From the NCBI RefSeq assembly GCF_009914755.1, contig NC_060926.1: DNA of 64,000 nt. One strand, written 5' to 3'. The position numbers and the translations under genes were made by a program. Each line of letters starts with the position of its first letter. Within the stretch, counting starts at the first letter, position 1. The notes beneath the pieces are model-generated. The model did not search any database. It saw only the letters and a list, made by a program, of their open reading frames with translations, and was not told the DNA's origin. Source of the stretch: the human T2T-CHM13v2.0 reference genome, Homo sapiens. Positions 32,346 to 57,099 of the stretch are shown here, in pieces.

Positions 32346-32354
32346 TAGCATGTA

Positions 32355-32686
32355 CAGGTTGAATATCTTTAATCTGAAACCCAAAATACTCCAAAATACA
32401 AAACTTTTTGAGCACCAACATGATTCCGTAAGTGGAAAATTCCACATCTGACCTCGTGTGGCAGGTTGCAGTCAAAACTTGGTTTCATGCACAAAATTAT
32501 TGAAAATGTTGCATAAAATTACCTTCAGGCTATGTGTACAAGGTATGTGTGAAACACGTGAATTTTGTATTTAGATTTGGGTCCTCTCCCCAAGATATCT
32601 CATTGCAAATATTGCAAAATCTGAAAAAAGTCAAAAGCCAGATCACTTCTGGTCCCAAACATTTTGGATAAATGATGCTCATCCTG
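32355..32686. mobile_element. Tigger4b/MER46-like TcMar DNA transposon fossil
   Basis: Terminal inverted repeats caggttgaatatc / gatgctcatcctg with TA on both sides; internal gtggaaaattccaca..aaaattaccttcaggctatgtgta..cacttctggtcccaa. Confidence 0.85.
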
Positions 32687-32855
32687 TATTGTAAAAAGTT
32701 ACATTGAGGCATATCTTGAAGCTCACATTTTGCCACAGACTTTAAAGAAAGTGTTTGGGGTTTTTTTATTAATATATTGTTCTCATGCTGAAATTGGAAA
32801 AACCATTGGTTAACTACTTTGATCCTGAAAACAAATTGATTATAAGTTAGGAAGC

Positions 32856-33492
<637 letters not shown>

Positions 33493-34761
33493 TTAGGAAG
33501 CATTGCAATAAGGAGCAAACCAAACTGTAAGTTACAGAATCTGAAGAAATAAAGTTCAAACTGACTCCTGACCACAGCATCCGAACACAGCTGGGAACCT
33601 TCCAGAAGGCCAACCCTGCCTCCTGCTGCCCTCCCAGCCCCCTCCTCTCCCACCAGGGGACCATGCTGACTCCTGAATGTTCTCTCCTTGCCTTTTCTTG
33701 TCCCTCCCGGGGATCGGATCCTGCTCTTCACCTTTTCCTCCACCTGGGAAGGCCCTGCTCTCTGTGGCTTCTTCCTTGTCATCTCTGGGGTCTCTGATGA
33801 ACTGTCCCTTCCTCAAAGAGGCCTCCACACCTGGCCCCTGGCTCCTGGCCCCATCAGGCTTCCCTGCTCTTGTGTTTGGCAGTCCTTCCCCATGGTGCTC
33901 ACCACAGGCCTTTCCTTGTGGGATCATTCACCTCCCCTGAGCTCCAAGGCCATGGATCTGTGTGAGTTACACCCAGGGCCCAGGGACCAGCCTGAATGAA
34001 TATCCACTGACTCAACTAGTGAATGAAGGAAGGAACAAGCTCTGGCCCATCAATGGTCTTGCCTTCCTTGGCGCAATTGAGTGTCGAGTGTCCAGCTGCA
34101 GCAGCAATTTTCTTTGGGTCAAAGGAAACCAAACCTCATTATAACTGTGACAGGAGTGAGGACAAAACATGGGCTGGGGGGGATGCACCCAAGGGACCCT
34201 CCTTCCAAATTCCAGCCAGGCCCGCCCAGTTCCCCTGGAAGGCAGGGCCAGACTCGCTCAGCCCTCCCTCCTCTGCTGCCCATGGCACTTCGGTGGAATC
34301 TCAGCCATGGCCTGTGTCTCAGGGGCCGGGTCCCTTGTTGACCTGCGGGCTCTCCCCCAGCCTGGGCTCGCACAGGGCTCCCCACCCCACCCTCGCTACA
34401 CCCGGACCTGCCCGTGGTGACAGCGAAGATGACAGTGCGGCTGTACAATGGACAAAAGCCTGGCAGTCCACGCCAGCCGCGAGTGGGGAGGAGTTACGAT
34501 CAGCCCTACTGTCTCCAGCACGTTCCGAGAAGCTACTCAGTCGCAATTTATCACCACTAGAGTCCAGTAAGGCTCCTAATTGGCCCATAAATGTGGTCCA
34601 ATAACCGCGCCTGACATCCAAAGACACTGCAGGCAATTAGCACTTATTTATTTGCATATGGTATTGACCAATGCGCTAGCTGCACTCACTTTCAAGATCT
34701 GTTTATTTTTAAAGCTGGAGGGGAAAAAAAGCCCTCATTTACTGCACTACAAGGGGAACTA

Positions 34762-34762
<1 letters not shown>

Positions 34763-34802
<40 letters not shown>
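34763..34802. repeat. (CA)20 microsatellite
   Basis: Perfect dinucleotide run. Confidence 0.98.
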
Positions 34803-34804
<2 letters not shown>

Positions 34805-35076
34805 ACTAGCAGGGATGATGGGAACTTGGCATCGCACTGCCTCTGGCTAAAGGGATTCAGTGATTCACTTGTGTGCAGGGTCCTGTCAATATCTTACAAA
34901 GTACTCAATAGATGCAACCTGTCCAGGTGACTGTGCCGGCGCAGCCAGCAGCAGCCTTCTTGCCCGGAGGAGGCTGAGGGGATGGAGCAGCCCGAGGAGA
35001 TGGAGTAGCCCAGGACTGCACCCCACTTGTGTGGGTTTTCCAAATGTATGGCAAATTGCCTTTGCCAAACCGCACT

Positions 35077-37235
<2,159 letters not shown>

Positions 37236-37435
37236 ACAATATTTTTGTTACCGATGTGTTAACTTAGAGGATACTAACCCTTTATATAACATAATGTGTT
37301 ATAACATTTATCTCATTTTTTCCTTTTTAATCTTACGATTTTTTAATGTGCAGAATTTTAACACTATGAACTCAAATCAGTCTTTACCCTTATGATTCCT
37401 GCCTTTGGTGCTATGCTTAGAAAACCCTTCCTTGC

Positions 37436-38361
<926 letters not shown>

Positions 38362-38499
38362 TCAAGTTGCAGAGGAGTATATAGACATGTAGCATAGGAC
38401 CTCAAAGCAGAGGCCGTGTGTGCTCACACATGCACATACACACATACACAACACATTCTGTTGTCCCTCTTGGTTTCCTGTCTGCCCCCTCCTCTTTTG

Positions 38500-40435
<1,936 letters not shown>

Positions 40436-41109
40436 GTTTTGCCCTCCCCTCACTGCTCTGGAAACTCATCAGCTGTAATTACACTGAAATGTCTGCCCCG
40501 GCTCCCAGCCCTGGCCACGCAGAGTTGCCAGGTGGAAAGCAGCTGGACAGACCATCCGTGTGGACTTCCGAGTGGCTGCGAGGAGGAACTCACAATTGCT
40601 GCTGCTGCTGCTGGCTTTCTCTGCCTGCAGTGTCCTGGTGTGCCCTGGGACCTGCTTTGAGCCAGGTTCAGACGGTCTCTGAAACAGCTGCTCTGCCAAG
40701 AACCCAGAATCTGGAGATGGAGACAGATGGGACACAGCAGCCACAGCCTGAGACTCCTTGCTCCAAGGTCCTGAGAATCTCCACCTCCTCCGGCTGCATC
40801 GCACCAGAGAGTTGTCCTGTCTGTGGGTTTGGGGGAGGGGAAAGCACCAAGAGCTCAGGAAAGGGCACTTCCTGGCTCGTTATTAGGCAGTAGCACCCCA
40901 GATAAATCAGCTCCCAGCCACTCTGCAGGAGTCCACGATGGGGAGCAGGCAGGACTGAGCCAGGCTGCCCAGACTGGAACCTCAAGGCCCCAGAAATGTG
41001 TGCTTGGGGAGAACCGGGTTGTTCCCTTCAGCCCTGACTATCCCGGGAGAGGCCTGGAAAGGAAATCACTGAATTGTCCAATAGAGGGCGCTGGTTAGAG
41101 GCTACGGAC

Positions 41110-41368
41110 CGGCCGGGTGTCGGGAGGCTGAGGCGGGAGGATTGCCTGAGCTCAGGAGTTTGAGACCACCCTGGGCAACATGGTGAAACCCCATCTCTAC
41201 TAAAATACACACAAAAAATTAGCTGGGCGTGGTGGTGGGAGCCTGTAATCTCGGCTACTCACGAGAATTGCTTGAACCCGGGAGGCAGAGTTTGCAGTGA
41301 GCCGAGATTGCGCCGCTGAACTCCAACCTGGGCGACAGAGCAAGACTCTGTCTCAAAAAAAAAAAGAA
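41110..41368 (+). mobile_element. Alu with internal deletions
   Basis: ggccgggtgtcgggaggctgagg... lacks part of the 5' segment and part of the right arm. Confidence 0.9.
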
Positions 41369-41668
41369 GATAGGGACCAAATGGGCCAAAAGAGCCAGGC
41401 CCTTCCATATGTTCTGTGTATTCTGATTATGGAAAAGTGACCATGATATAGTAATTTTTAAAAAGTCAAGGTACAGACTAAAACATCTCTGCTAGTATAA
41501 AATGCAACACATAAACATACCATTTACCCATTTATATATACTGATGCATGCACAGAAACAATTTCTCGAAGAAACACAAACCACTGTGACCTATGTTGGA
41601 GCACAGTGAGTGGCGTCACCATCTAGCGCTCAGGGAGCAGAGGTCCTGTGAGATGTCAGTTACCTGAG

Positions 41669-41885
41669 CAGTGATGTGCTGGCGGTGGCTTTCACCGTCT
41701 CCCACGAGCTGCTCTTGAGTACCTCTTCCCAATTCTGTGTTCCGTGACATCACATGGGTAGCTGGGAATGGGCCATGGTGGGAGTATTTACACCACGGAA
41801 ATTGGCAAATGCTACAAATCAAGGTCCTCCCCGCCACAGACACCCACCCCCAGAGCCGGTTGTTAAGCCTTTACTGCCACACCTG
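41669..41885. mobile_element. MER63A-like hAT fossil
   Basis: cagtgatgtgctgg..ggccatggtgggagtatttacaccacggaaattggcaaatgctacaaatca..gagccggttgttaa. Confidence 0.8.
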
Positions 41886-42170
41886 AAATAAAGTGTTCTG
41901 CTCTATGGAACCTCAAAGAGGACTTTGTGGTCACATACATATGTGGAAAATGCTGAATATGGGACTTCAAACAGCCTCTGGGGGCTCAGGCCCCCCATCA
42001 GCATAGTGAAGCCTCCCAGAAGAGGTTGAGCAAGGAGGTCTAATGTAACTAACTGATTTTTACACGATACATGTTTTGTTACTGTGTTCTTGAGGACATC
42101 CTAAGGAAAACACAGTTTTTTGAGTTAAAATCTTTCATGATCTATTTAGACCCATTTGCCTATAGAGCGT

Positions 42171-42255
42171 GCCATCCCCTCTAACGCCATGATCCACTCT
42201 ACAGCCATGATCCACTCTAAAGCCATGATCCACTCTAAAGCCATGATCTAAAGCC
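42171..42255. repeat. Minisatellite, 18-bp unit gccatgatccactctaaa, ~4 copies
   Basis: Units start at 42186, 42204, 42222, 42240, with degenerate flanking copies. Confidence 0.95.
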
Positions 42256-42499
42256 AGGGTAGCAGAGCCACGAAGCAGTTAAGCATCCCCTAGCTAGGAG
42301 CTCATAAATGTCTCCATCTTACAAAAAAACAGAATGAGGCGTCAAGAGGTCAGGAACCTGCCCAAGGCCACACAACTGTGTGAAAATGCAAAGCTGAGGC
42401 CTGAGCACCCCTTGAAATGTTACTAGCTACATCCCTGGGTGAGGGATCTAAGCCCTGGCTTGGTGGGGTGCATGTGTGTACACATGCTAAACTGAAACC

Positions 42500-44120
<1,621 letters not shown>

Positions 44121-44326
44121 GCATCATTTGTCTCTTCTTAGAGGCTTTTTACCCCTCAGAACTTTAAGCAAGGCATCAGCAATAGGAAATACAAAGGTTA
44201 GAAGAAAATAATACTTTGACAAATCTAGTCAGGAGAGCATTCATGAGGATACTTGCATGAAGCCTTCAAAAAATCAATGCCATGGAAGGGGAGGTAGGTG
44301 TTCTAGAATAAGAGCGACTCAAATTC

Positions 44327-44768
<442 letters not shown>

Positions 44769-45275
44769 AAAATTTTTCTTGGAAGACAGACTAAAAATCA
44801 TAATAATCAAATGCAATTTATGAACCTTGATTGCTGTTTTTTTTTTTAAGCTATAACATATGAAGCACCTGAGGAAATCCAAATATGGACTGGGAATTGA
44901 AGGCTACTGTAAAATTACTGATAATATTTTTAGGTGGGTGATGATTTCAGAGTAAACTAGTCATATGTCTTTATTCTCAGAAGATGCATGAAGGGTTTAG
45001 AGTGATTCAACCACAAACAACAACAAAATATTAGCGACTATTGAATGTAGGTGATGTGTATACAGGAGTTCACATGCTATTCTTTTAATTTTCCTATATA
45101 TTTAAATTTGAGAAATAGATTTCATTGGATAAGGTGTGATTCTAGAATGGGATTTATATAAGCTATGACAGTGAATAACAAAATAACCCACCATCCTACT
45201 GAAGTGCTGGAAAGTTACCAATGCCCCTGAGTATTTCTCCCGTAGAGGTAACCTCTATCTTCAATGCTGTGCTAA

Positions 45276-47514
<2,239 letters not shown>

Positions 47515-47655
47515 TAATATTTGTTTCCTTAAAGTCCATTTATTGCTCATATTCTCTATGCTGGAAATATGCTATGAAAAAAATTCATAGCATTAATTTT
47601 TAATTTATTTTAACTTTCTCTGACCTAATTTCTCAAATTATTAAACAATATTTTT

Positions 47656-50420
<2,765 letters not shown>

Positions 50421-50789
50421 AGGTCAAGGTAATTCTTAATCCAAGCTCCTCGAATACCTTCAGGGGTTTTGATTGGTATCCCACTGAATGTTATAACCCA
50501 GTCTAGGAATAACTGACATGCTTATGACATTGCATCTTTCTGCCCAAAACTGTGGTGTCTCTCTCCATCTAGTCTGATGTTCTTTCATGTCACTGAAAAA
50601 AAGTTATAATTTTTCCTATGCGCTTTATATTTTTGTTGGTTTTAAATGTATCTTTCATTAATATGCTTTGACTTTCCCCTTCTTCATCCTATGCCTTTTA
50701 TTTATTTTTCTTATCTTATTGCTTTGGTTATGATATATAGTAACAATGCTGAATAAAAGTAATAATAGTTTTCCTATTTTCTTTTTAGT

Positions 50790-50889
50790 AAGGCTAGTCA
50801 AGGGAAGCAGTCATAATGGAGAAGGAACAAAATAATCTGTAACTCATTGTGATCAATTAGTTGTAAACACCACTGCACTCAGACCACCC
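50790..50889 (-). pseudogene. Y RNA (Y3/RNY3-derived) processed pseudogene, full length
   Basis: Reverse complement reads gggtggtctgagtgcagtggtgtttacaactaattgatcacaatgagttacagattattttgttccttctccattatgactgcttcccttgactagcctt, closely matching human Y3 as recalled (ggctggtccgagtgcagtggtgtttacaactaattgatcacaaccagttacag...ttgactagcctttt). Decayed A-rich tail at 50769-50786; no PSE/TATA context evident. Confidence 0.92.
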
Positions 50890-51044
50890 CATTACTGTTT
50901 TTGATAGTAAAGTATATTGCTTATTGTTTAACAAATATAAAATAGACTGAGAGAACATTTTTTGCTCTACCTTCTGAACACAGATCCCTTGTCTCTTTTG
51001 TCTGTTGCTGCCTCCCCAAACCCCCCAAAGATTATCTGGCTTGG

Positions 51045-51192
51045 AAGGGCATGGTGGTTTATGCCTGTAATTCCAGCACTTTGGGAGGTGAAGAGGTGGG
51101 GATTGCTTGAAGCCAGAAGTTTGACATATGGCTGCACTTCAGCCTGGGTGACAGAGTGAGACCCTGTCTCTAAAAAAAGAACAAAACAAAAC
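51045..51192 (+). mobile_element. Alu monomer (FLAM-like)
   Basis: Single arm; duplication attatctggct (51031-51041, 51193-51203). Confidence 0.85.
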
Positions 51193-51429
51193 ATTATCTG
51201 GCTCATGGCTCATGATGGATGCTCAATGACTATTTATTGATTTAGTAAGCAGATGTATTTCCTCCAGACATGGACAAGTGTCCATCTAACTGCACCATTT
51301 CAGTGTCCAGTCTTAAAATTTTTTGATATTTCATTTTGGTTTTAATTTTTATCTGTCTGAGTTGGAACAATTTTATATGTTTATTAACAAATAAGGAAAA
51401 AAATGCACTCGTCTGCTCTAACTCCACTA

Positions 51430-51659
51430 ATGTCTTCCTGTACCACTTGAAATAAAATTCAAACTTCTTTGCAGAGCCTCCAAACCTCCTCAGGATCAAA
51501 CATGATGAAGTGTCTGGCTACCTCTGTGAACCCATCATTCATCACTCTCCTCCTTGCGCAGTTTACCCAGTCACATTAGTCTCATTGCCTGTCCCTCTGC
51601 CTGGAATGTTCTTCCCCCAGATCTGTGCATTTCCTGAGCCCTTGCTTCTTTCTTTCTTT

Positions 51660-51691
<32 letters not shown>

Positions 51692-52260
51692 TTGAGACAA
51701 AGTTTCACTCTGTTGCCCAGGCTGGGGGTGCAGTGGGGCAATCTTGGCTCATTGCAACCTCCATCTTCCAGGTTCAAGTTAGTCTCCTGCCTTAGCCTCC
51801 CGAGTAGCTGGGACTACAGGCATGTGACACCACAGACAGCTAATTTTTGTATTTTTAGTAAAAACGGAGTTTCACCGTGTTGGCCAGGCTGGTCTTGAAC
51901 TCCTGACCTCAAGTGATCTGCCCGCCTCGGCCTCCCAAAGTGCTGAGATTACAGGCGTGAAACACCGTGCCCGGCCCCTTGCTTCTTTCAAAAAGTTACC
52001 CAACAGTCACCCTATCAGCAAGATGGTCCCTGATCTCTTCATCTAAAATAGCCCCTTCCACTCCCTACCCCCTTACTGTGCCTTATTCTCCTTCCTGTCA
52101 CTTACATGTCTTCATAATACCTGACATTATATCACATATCACCTGTTGGTTTGTTTAGCATCAGCCTCACCCCATAGAATGCAAGCTCCATCCCCAAGAC
52201 CAGAACGGTATCTGACAAGTCATGACCGCCCCACATATATTTGTGGAATCAATGCATTTG
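51430..52260 (+). mobile_element. L2 remnant with an antisense Alu (51646-51976)
   Basis: aaataaaattcaaacttc..ccctctgcctggaatgttcttcccccaga..catagaatgcaagctcca..atatttgtggaatcaatg; Alu TSD cccttgcttcttt. Confidence 0.8.
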
Positions 52261-53240
52261 CTTTTCACCGTCCATGAACTGGCCATCCATGCCCTTTCCC
52301 AATTTTCTTTCTCTTTCATTCTAGCTCTTTATGTAGAAACATACTAATTCACCTTGTCATGTTTCTGACAAGCATTTTTCCCAATTGTTCCTTGTATTTT
52401 TCATTGTTTTTGATCTTTGGAATGCACAGAAACCTCTGTTTTTTATGTAGACAGCTTTGCTATTCTTCCCTTGTGTCATCCCCACACAGCAGATAATTAT
52501 CCAGCTAATCCTCTTTCATAGTTTTAAAGGTTTCCTTTTATACACTGAATACTTTAATCCATCTGTAATTGATCTGCGGCAAAGTGGGAGGTGAAGATTG
52601 TTCCATCTTTCCCTCCAATTAGCCAGTTTTTCCAAATATCATATATGCAACAATTTTTCCTTTTCCACAAATTTGCAGAGGTTTCCTTATCATAGATTAA
52701 TTTTTCATCTATTCTAGAGTCTATCTCTGAGTAACATAATCTGTTGATTATATAACGTAATCTTATGAGCACAAGCCGTGCAGCCAACCTATCTGGGTTT
52801 AAATTCCGGATCTACCAATGGCGCTGTGAGACCTTGGACCAGTTCTTATTTTCTCTGTGCCTTGGTTTTGCAAAACTTAGATGACAATAATAGAAAATTG
52901 CCATTTCATAGGCCTCAAAATCATCAAATACCAGCAATTTTGTATGGTTAAAGGTAATACCTACTTCCTAGGGTTGTTGTGAGCTTCAAGGTCAAGTGCT
53001 AGGAAGAGTGCCCATCACCCGTGCACACTGGGCAATCACCCCTATTGAAGCAAATGCCCCTCTTCATTATGTGTCTCTTTAAAAATTCTCCAGCTGGATT
53101 CATATGTTTATTCTTCCAGACGTGCTTTAGAACCATTTGGTCAAGCTTCCAAGATAACTCTACTGGGATCTGATTGGGATTGCATTGAACTAATAAATGA
53201 GTTTGGGGAGCGCTGACATCTTTGCGATCCTTGTCCTCCC
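52260..53240. mobile_element. Antisense L1M remnant interrupted by a MIR (~52770-53030)
   Basis: tttaatccatctgtaattgat and gattgggattgcattgaactaataaatgagtttggggag (L1); ctgggtttaaattcc..gaccttggac..tacctacttcctagggttgttgtgag (MIR). Confidence 0.65.
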
Positions 53241-56200
53241 ACCCCGTGCCCACTGGTCTCCCTGCTGACTCCAGTCTCCTCTGAGGGCCCCAGCAGAGTT
53301 GGTTTCATCTGCTCTGGAAGGGAAAGGAAGGGAGAAGGTGGACAGGGCTGAACATCTGGAACCACTCCCTGCTTGCATCTGGAGGGTCTAACAGAGGGCT
53401 GGACAAGGAAGGGGGCTCATCTTACTAAATCAGGATTTTCAGACCAAGGCATCTCTGTCAAGTAGAAATCATGTCAATGAGAAACTTTCCAGAAAACCTC
53501 ATCTAATTCCTCCAGCTGGAGCGCTGGAGTGCCAGGGTGCAGGCAGCCTGTGGGCTTAATGTGCTGAATTACTCAGAAATTGTAGACTTGCCCTCACCAA
53601 GGACTTCGCTAAATGACTCCAAATTAGACTGCTTCCTTAGCTGTCAGGTGGCTGAGGCTGGGTAATGTGGGGAGGAAGGGTTATTATTATTTTTTAAAAT
53701 TTATTATCATCATCATCATCATCTACTATTCATTCATTCATCTTGAGAAAGCATTCCAAAGGCCTGTGGGGTCAGCACAGCCACCTCGAGAGCTCTGGGT
53801 GACCAGAGCAGACCCCCAGGAAGGCCCTCATGCCCCTGACACACCGGAGGGTCCTGAGCCCAAGGAAGTGGCCCTTGAACCAAGTAAGTGCTGTCCAACC
53901 TTGGCAGAGGAGAGGAGGAGCCTTGAGAAAAGAGGGAGGGCCTCGCTGCACAGAACTGGCCAGGCCCAGCCCTGAGGACTCGCCCTGCGTTCAGTGTCAG
54001 CTGTGAAACCCGGGTGCCCGCAGGGCCAGGATCCCTCAGCCACTGCCCCAGCTCTGGTTGGTTGCAATCACTGAGCTCAAATGGGCCAAATCACTCCCAG
54101 AGCTTCAGAGGCAGAGTGAAGATCCCCGGGAGAGCAGGACCGCCAGAGCCCAGAGGGCACCTGCGGGGAGGAACCGGTGAACTTGGAGGCCTCTGGGCAC
54201 AGAGCTCCAGGTGGCCAGTCTGATTGAGGCCTGAACGCAAACCCCGTTATGTTGACTCCAGGCCATGGGGTCCCAAAGCATCTCCACTGCAAAGTCATTC
54301 CCTGGGGTGACATCTGCTCATCCCACAGCCTCCACCCAGGGCTCTCTGGCCCTGAGCACCTTTCTCATCCACGCTGGGGATGAGGCCCCTGTGTGAACTC
54401 AGGGCATACTGGTCTCCTCACACTGGGTTCTACCTGTCTTCCCCGTGGGTTCTGAACGCCTGAGGGCATGTGTTGCACACAGGCGCCTGTCAGCCCCTCA
54501 TGCCTAGCACAGTGCCAGCAGAGGACACTTAACTGGGGACAGGTCTGCTTTCCTTTGGGGCACTTTTGGCTGTCACATGACAGGGTGCCCCTCTGGCAGT
54601 CATGGGCAGTCCCACACCACAAAGAATTGTCCTGTGCCAGTGCCCACAGTCCCGGTGGTAAAACCCTGCCTGTAGGTGGTGTGGGGGTAACCAGAGGACA
54701 GCCCCCGATCCTCTGTATGGCTGCCACCCACTCGGGACCAAGGGCACTGCCACAGTCCACCCAGTTCGCCCCCGGTGGCCTCTCCTTCGCTGCAGGCCTG
54801 CTGGAGGGAGAGAGTAATTAGAGGAAGAATGGAAATCTCCTGACTTCACAAATGTGACTTTGCAAAATGAGGCGGGAAGACAAATCTGTCTTCACTACTA
54901 TTCATTAAAGAAAGTCCTTTATAAATCCCAAATTAACAATTTCTCATTTAAAGATGGGTGATTATCATTCTTTTCTGGCAATTTATAGCTTTCAAAATGC
55001 TGAAATGTGAAAATTATTGGGGGAAAAATTCCAGCTGTGGTCATAGAAAATGGAAATCCACTTCAAGACAATTGATAAACATATTCGAAATGATCAATAA
55101 CCTCAGGTTCAAAAGTAATACTCACATACATATGTGTGAAGTGACTGCTTTGGTAATAGAAACGCTCTGAATGATCACATTAGGGTCGACATTCTGCATC
55201 CAGGCGGCTCGGAGCCCCAAGTTACCGGAAAATCAAATGATTCATCTGGAGGGATCTTACCCAGTTTGGAGATTCTTTGACTAAGGATGGTGACAACACA
55301 GGGTTGAAATTCTTATCTTAGCTTTTGCAATGCTTGGGCTCCTGCCATCTTTCTAACTAATCCACCAGGCACCTTTGAGGGAGGTGGGTGACCCTGTGCA
55401 AAGGAGGATTTGTGCAAATACTAGGAATGGAAAAGGCCTTTCTGAAATGACACTTCATTATTCATAATTGATACCTTCATTGAGACCTCCCCTGCCAGGA
55501 CTAAGAATAAGACAGAGCCTGAATCCTGCCTCTACCCTGTGCCAACCCCAGGGACCCCTCTGCCTCTGAATCTAAGATATCAAAGTAGGTCCAATAAGAT
55601 AGAACATGAAGATAATTGAGACCCTCTGGTTTTGTGGGGGAAACTGAGCTGAGATGGTATATAGGGGTTAAAGAGGTGCGTAGCCATCCTACGGAAACAC
55701 CTCCGGGTCACCAGCCCACAGCGCCATCTCCTTCCACAGACCTCAGGCTCCTCAGGCGGAGGGCACCAGCAGAGGATCTGAAGCCTGTTTGCCAAGTGAG
55801 TAAAGATGCTACTATGAATTCCAAACCATCTCCACAAAGGATAGGATTGAATGACACGGCCTTAAAATGTGGCAAGACAGACCTGGGTTGAGCAGGTGGA
55901 GGGGCTGTCATGGGAGAACCTGAACCAGACACACAGCAAACCCTAACCAAGGTGGAGCCACACAGGAGGACTGCCCTGGAGCCTTGTTTCTGTTCATTCT
56001 TCAGCAGAAGAGCCAGCCTCTGTGTGGGTGGCGAGAGAAACAGTGGCTGATGGTGACCGGCACTCACTGTGTGCCCAGCTTGGCACGGCACCCTTTGCTT
56101 GCATTGGACCAGCTGGTGCTGAGGAGGAAACTGAGACTTGGAGAGTTAATCACCTGAGGATGGAAAGTCAGGTGGTCTGAGTTCAAAGCTGTGCACCTAG

Positions 56201-57099
56201 GCCTGAGTGGGCCGCTCGTGTGGTGTGATGTTATCATGCACTTCATCTCTACTACACCATTCCCCTCCCCAGAAACCAAGCTGTCTGGAAGGCTGTACAC
56301 CTGTGCCCTAGAAGCAAAGGGGAAGAAGTGCAGGTTCCGCTGGGTGGAGTGTTTTGATCGGGTTAGCTAAGGGGAGCCTCTGCCAGGAGCAGACGCCTCT
56401 CTGGCCTCTGGACCCAGCTGTTGCACCTCTCCCACAATTTCTATCCAACTTCAGATAATGATGATGAACTCAGCTGAGAAGAGAAGGAAAAGGAAAACTT
56501 GAAACAAGAGCAAACATCTGCAGCTTCCCCCCAGCACTGTCCGGTATCCAACAGCAGGGGTGGTCAAAGCTCTGCCTCTCCCCTCTCCCAGGACAGGCGT
56601 CCACTGTCCCACCCTTCCCCCACAGGCCAGGGGCTCTGCCTTGGCCCCTGACCCTGGAAAGAAGTCAGTGCCAGTGGCCTTGGCTCAGAACCCAAGGCTT
56701 GTGGGAGGGGACGAGGTCAGGATTTGGAGGGATCCAGGCCGGTTCCCGCTGCAAGTGCGGCCCAGCCCGAGTCCCCTGCCCAGGTCTGGTTGCTCTGTCT
56801 GCAGAAAGGGACCCTCACTCTTGCCTCTGGGCGGCTGTGCCATACCGGAGGGCAGGTAAGGTGCTGGGTGCAGGGACACCTCTTTCTCATTTCTATCGCA
56901 TCCCAGGCCCCAGCTGGCGCGGTGGGAGAGGTGCCTCGGAGGCTGCCACGCAGAGCCACCAAGCATGGCTTCTGGCAGTCTGGACTGCACACACCTCTGC
57001 ACGCTCGGAGGCCCGGCCAGGCTGGGGTGGGGTCTGCTCCTCCTTTCTTTCCTTCCTCGGCCTGGTCAGGCTCGGCTTTTGTTATTCAGAGCCGGGGTG

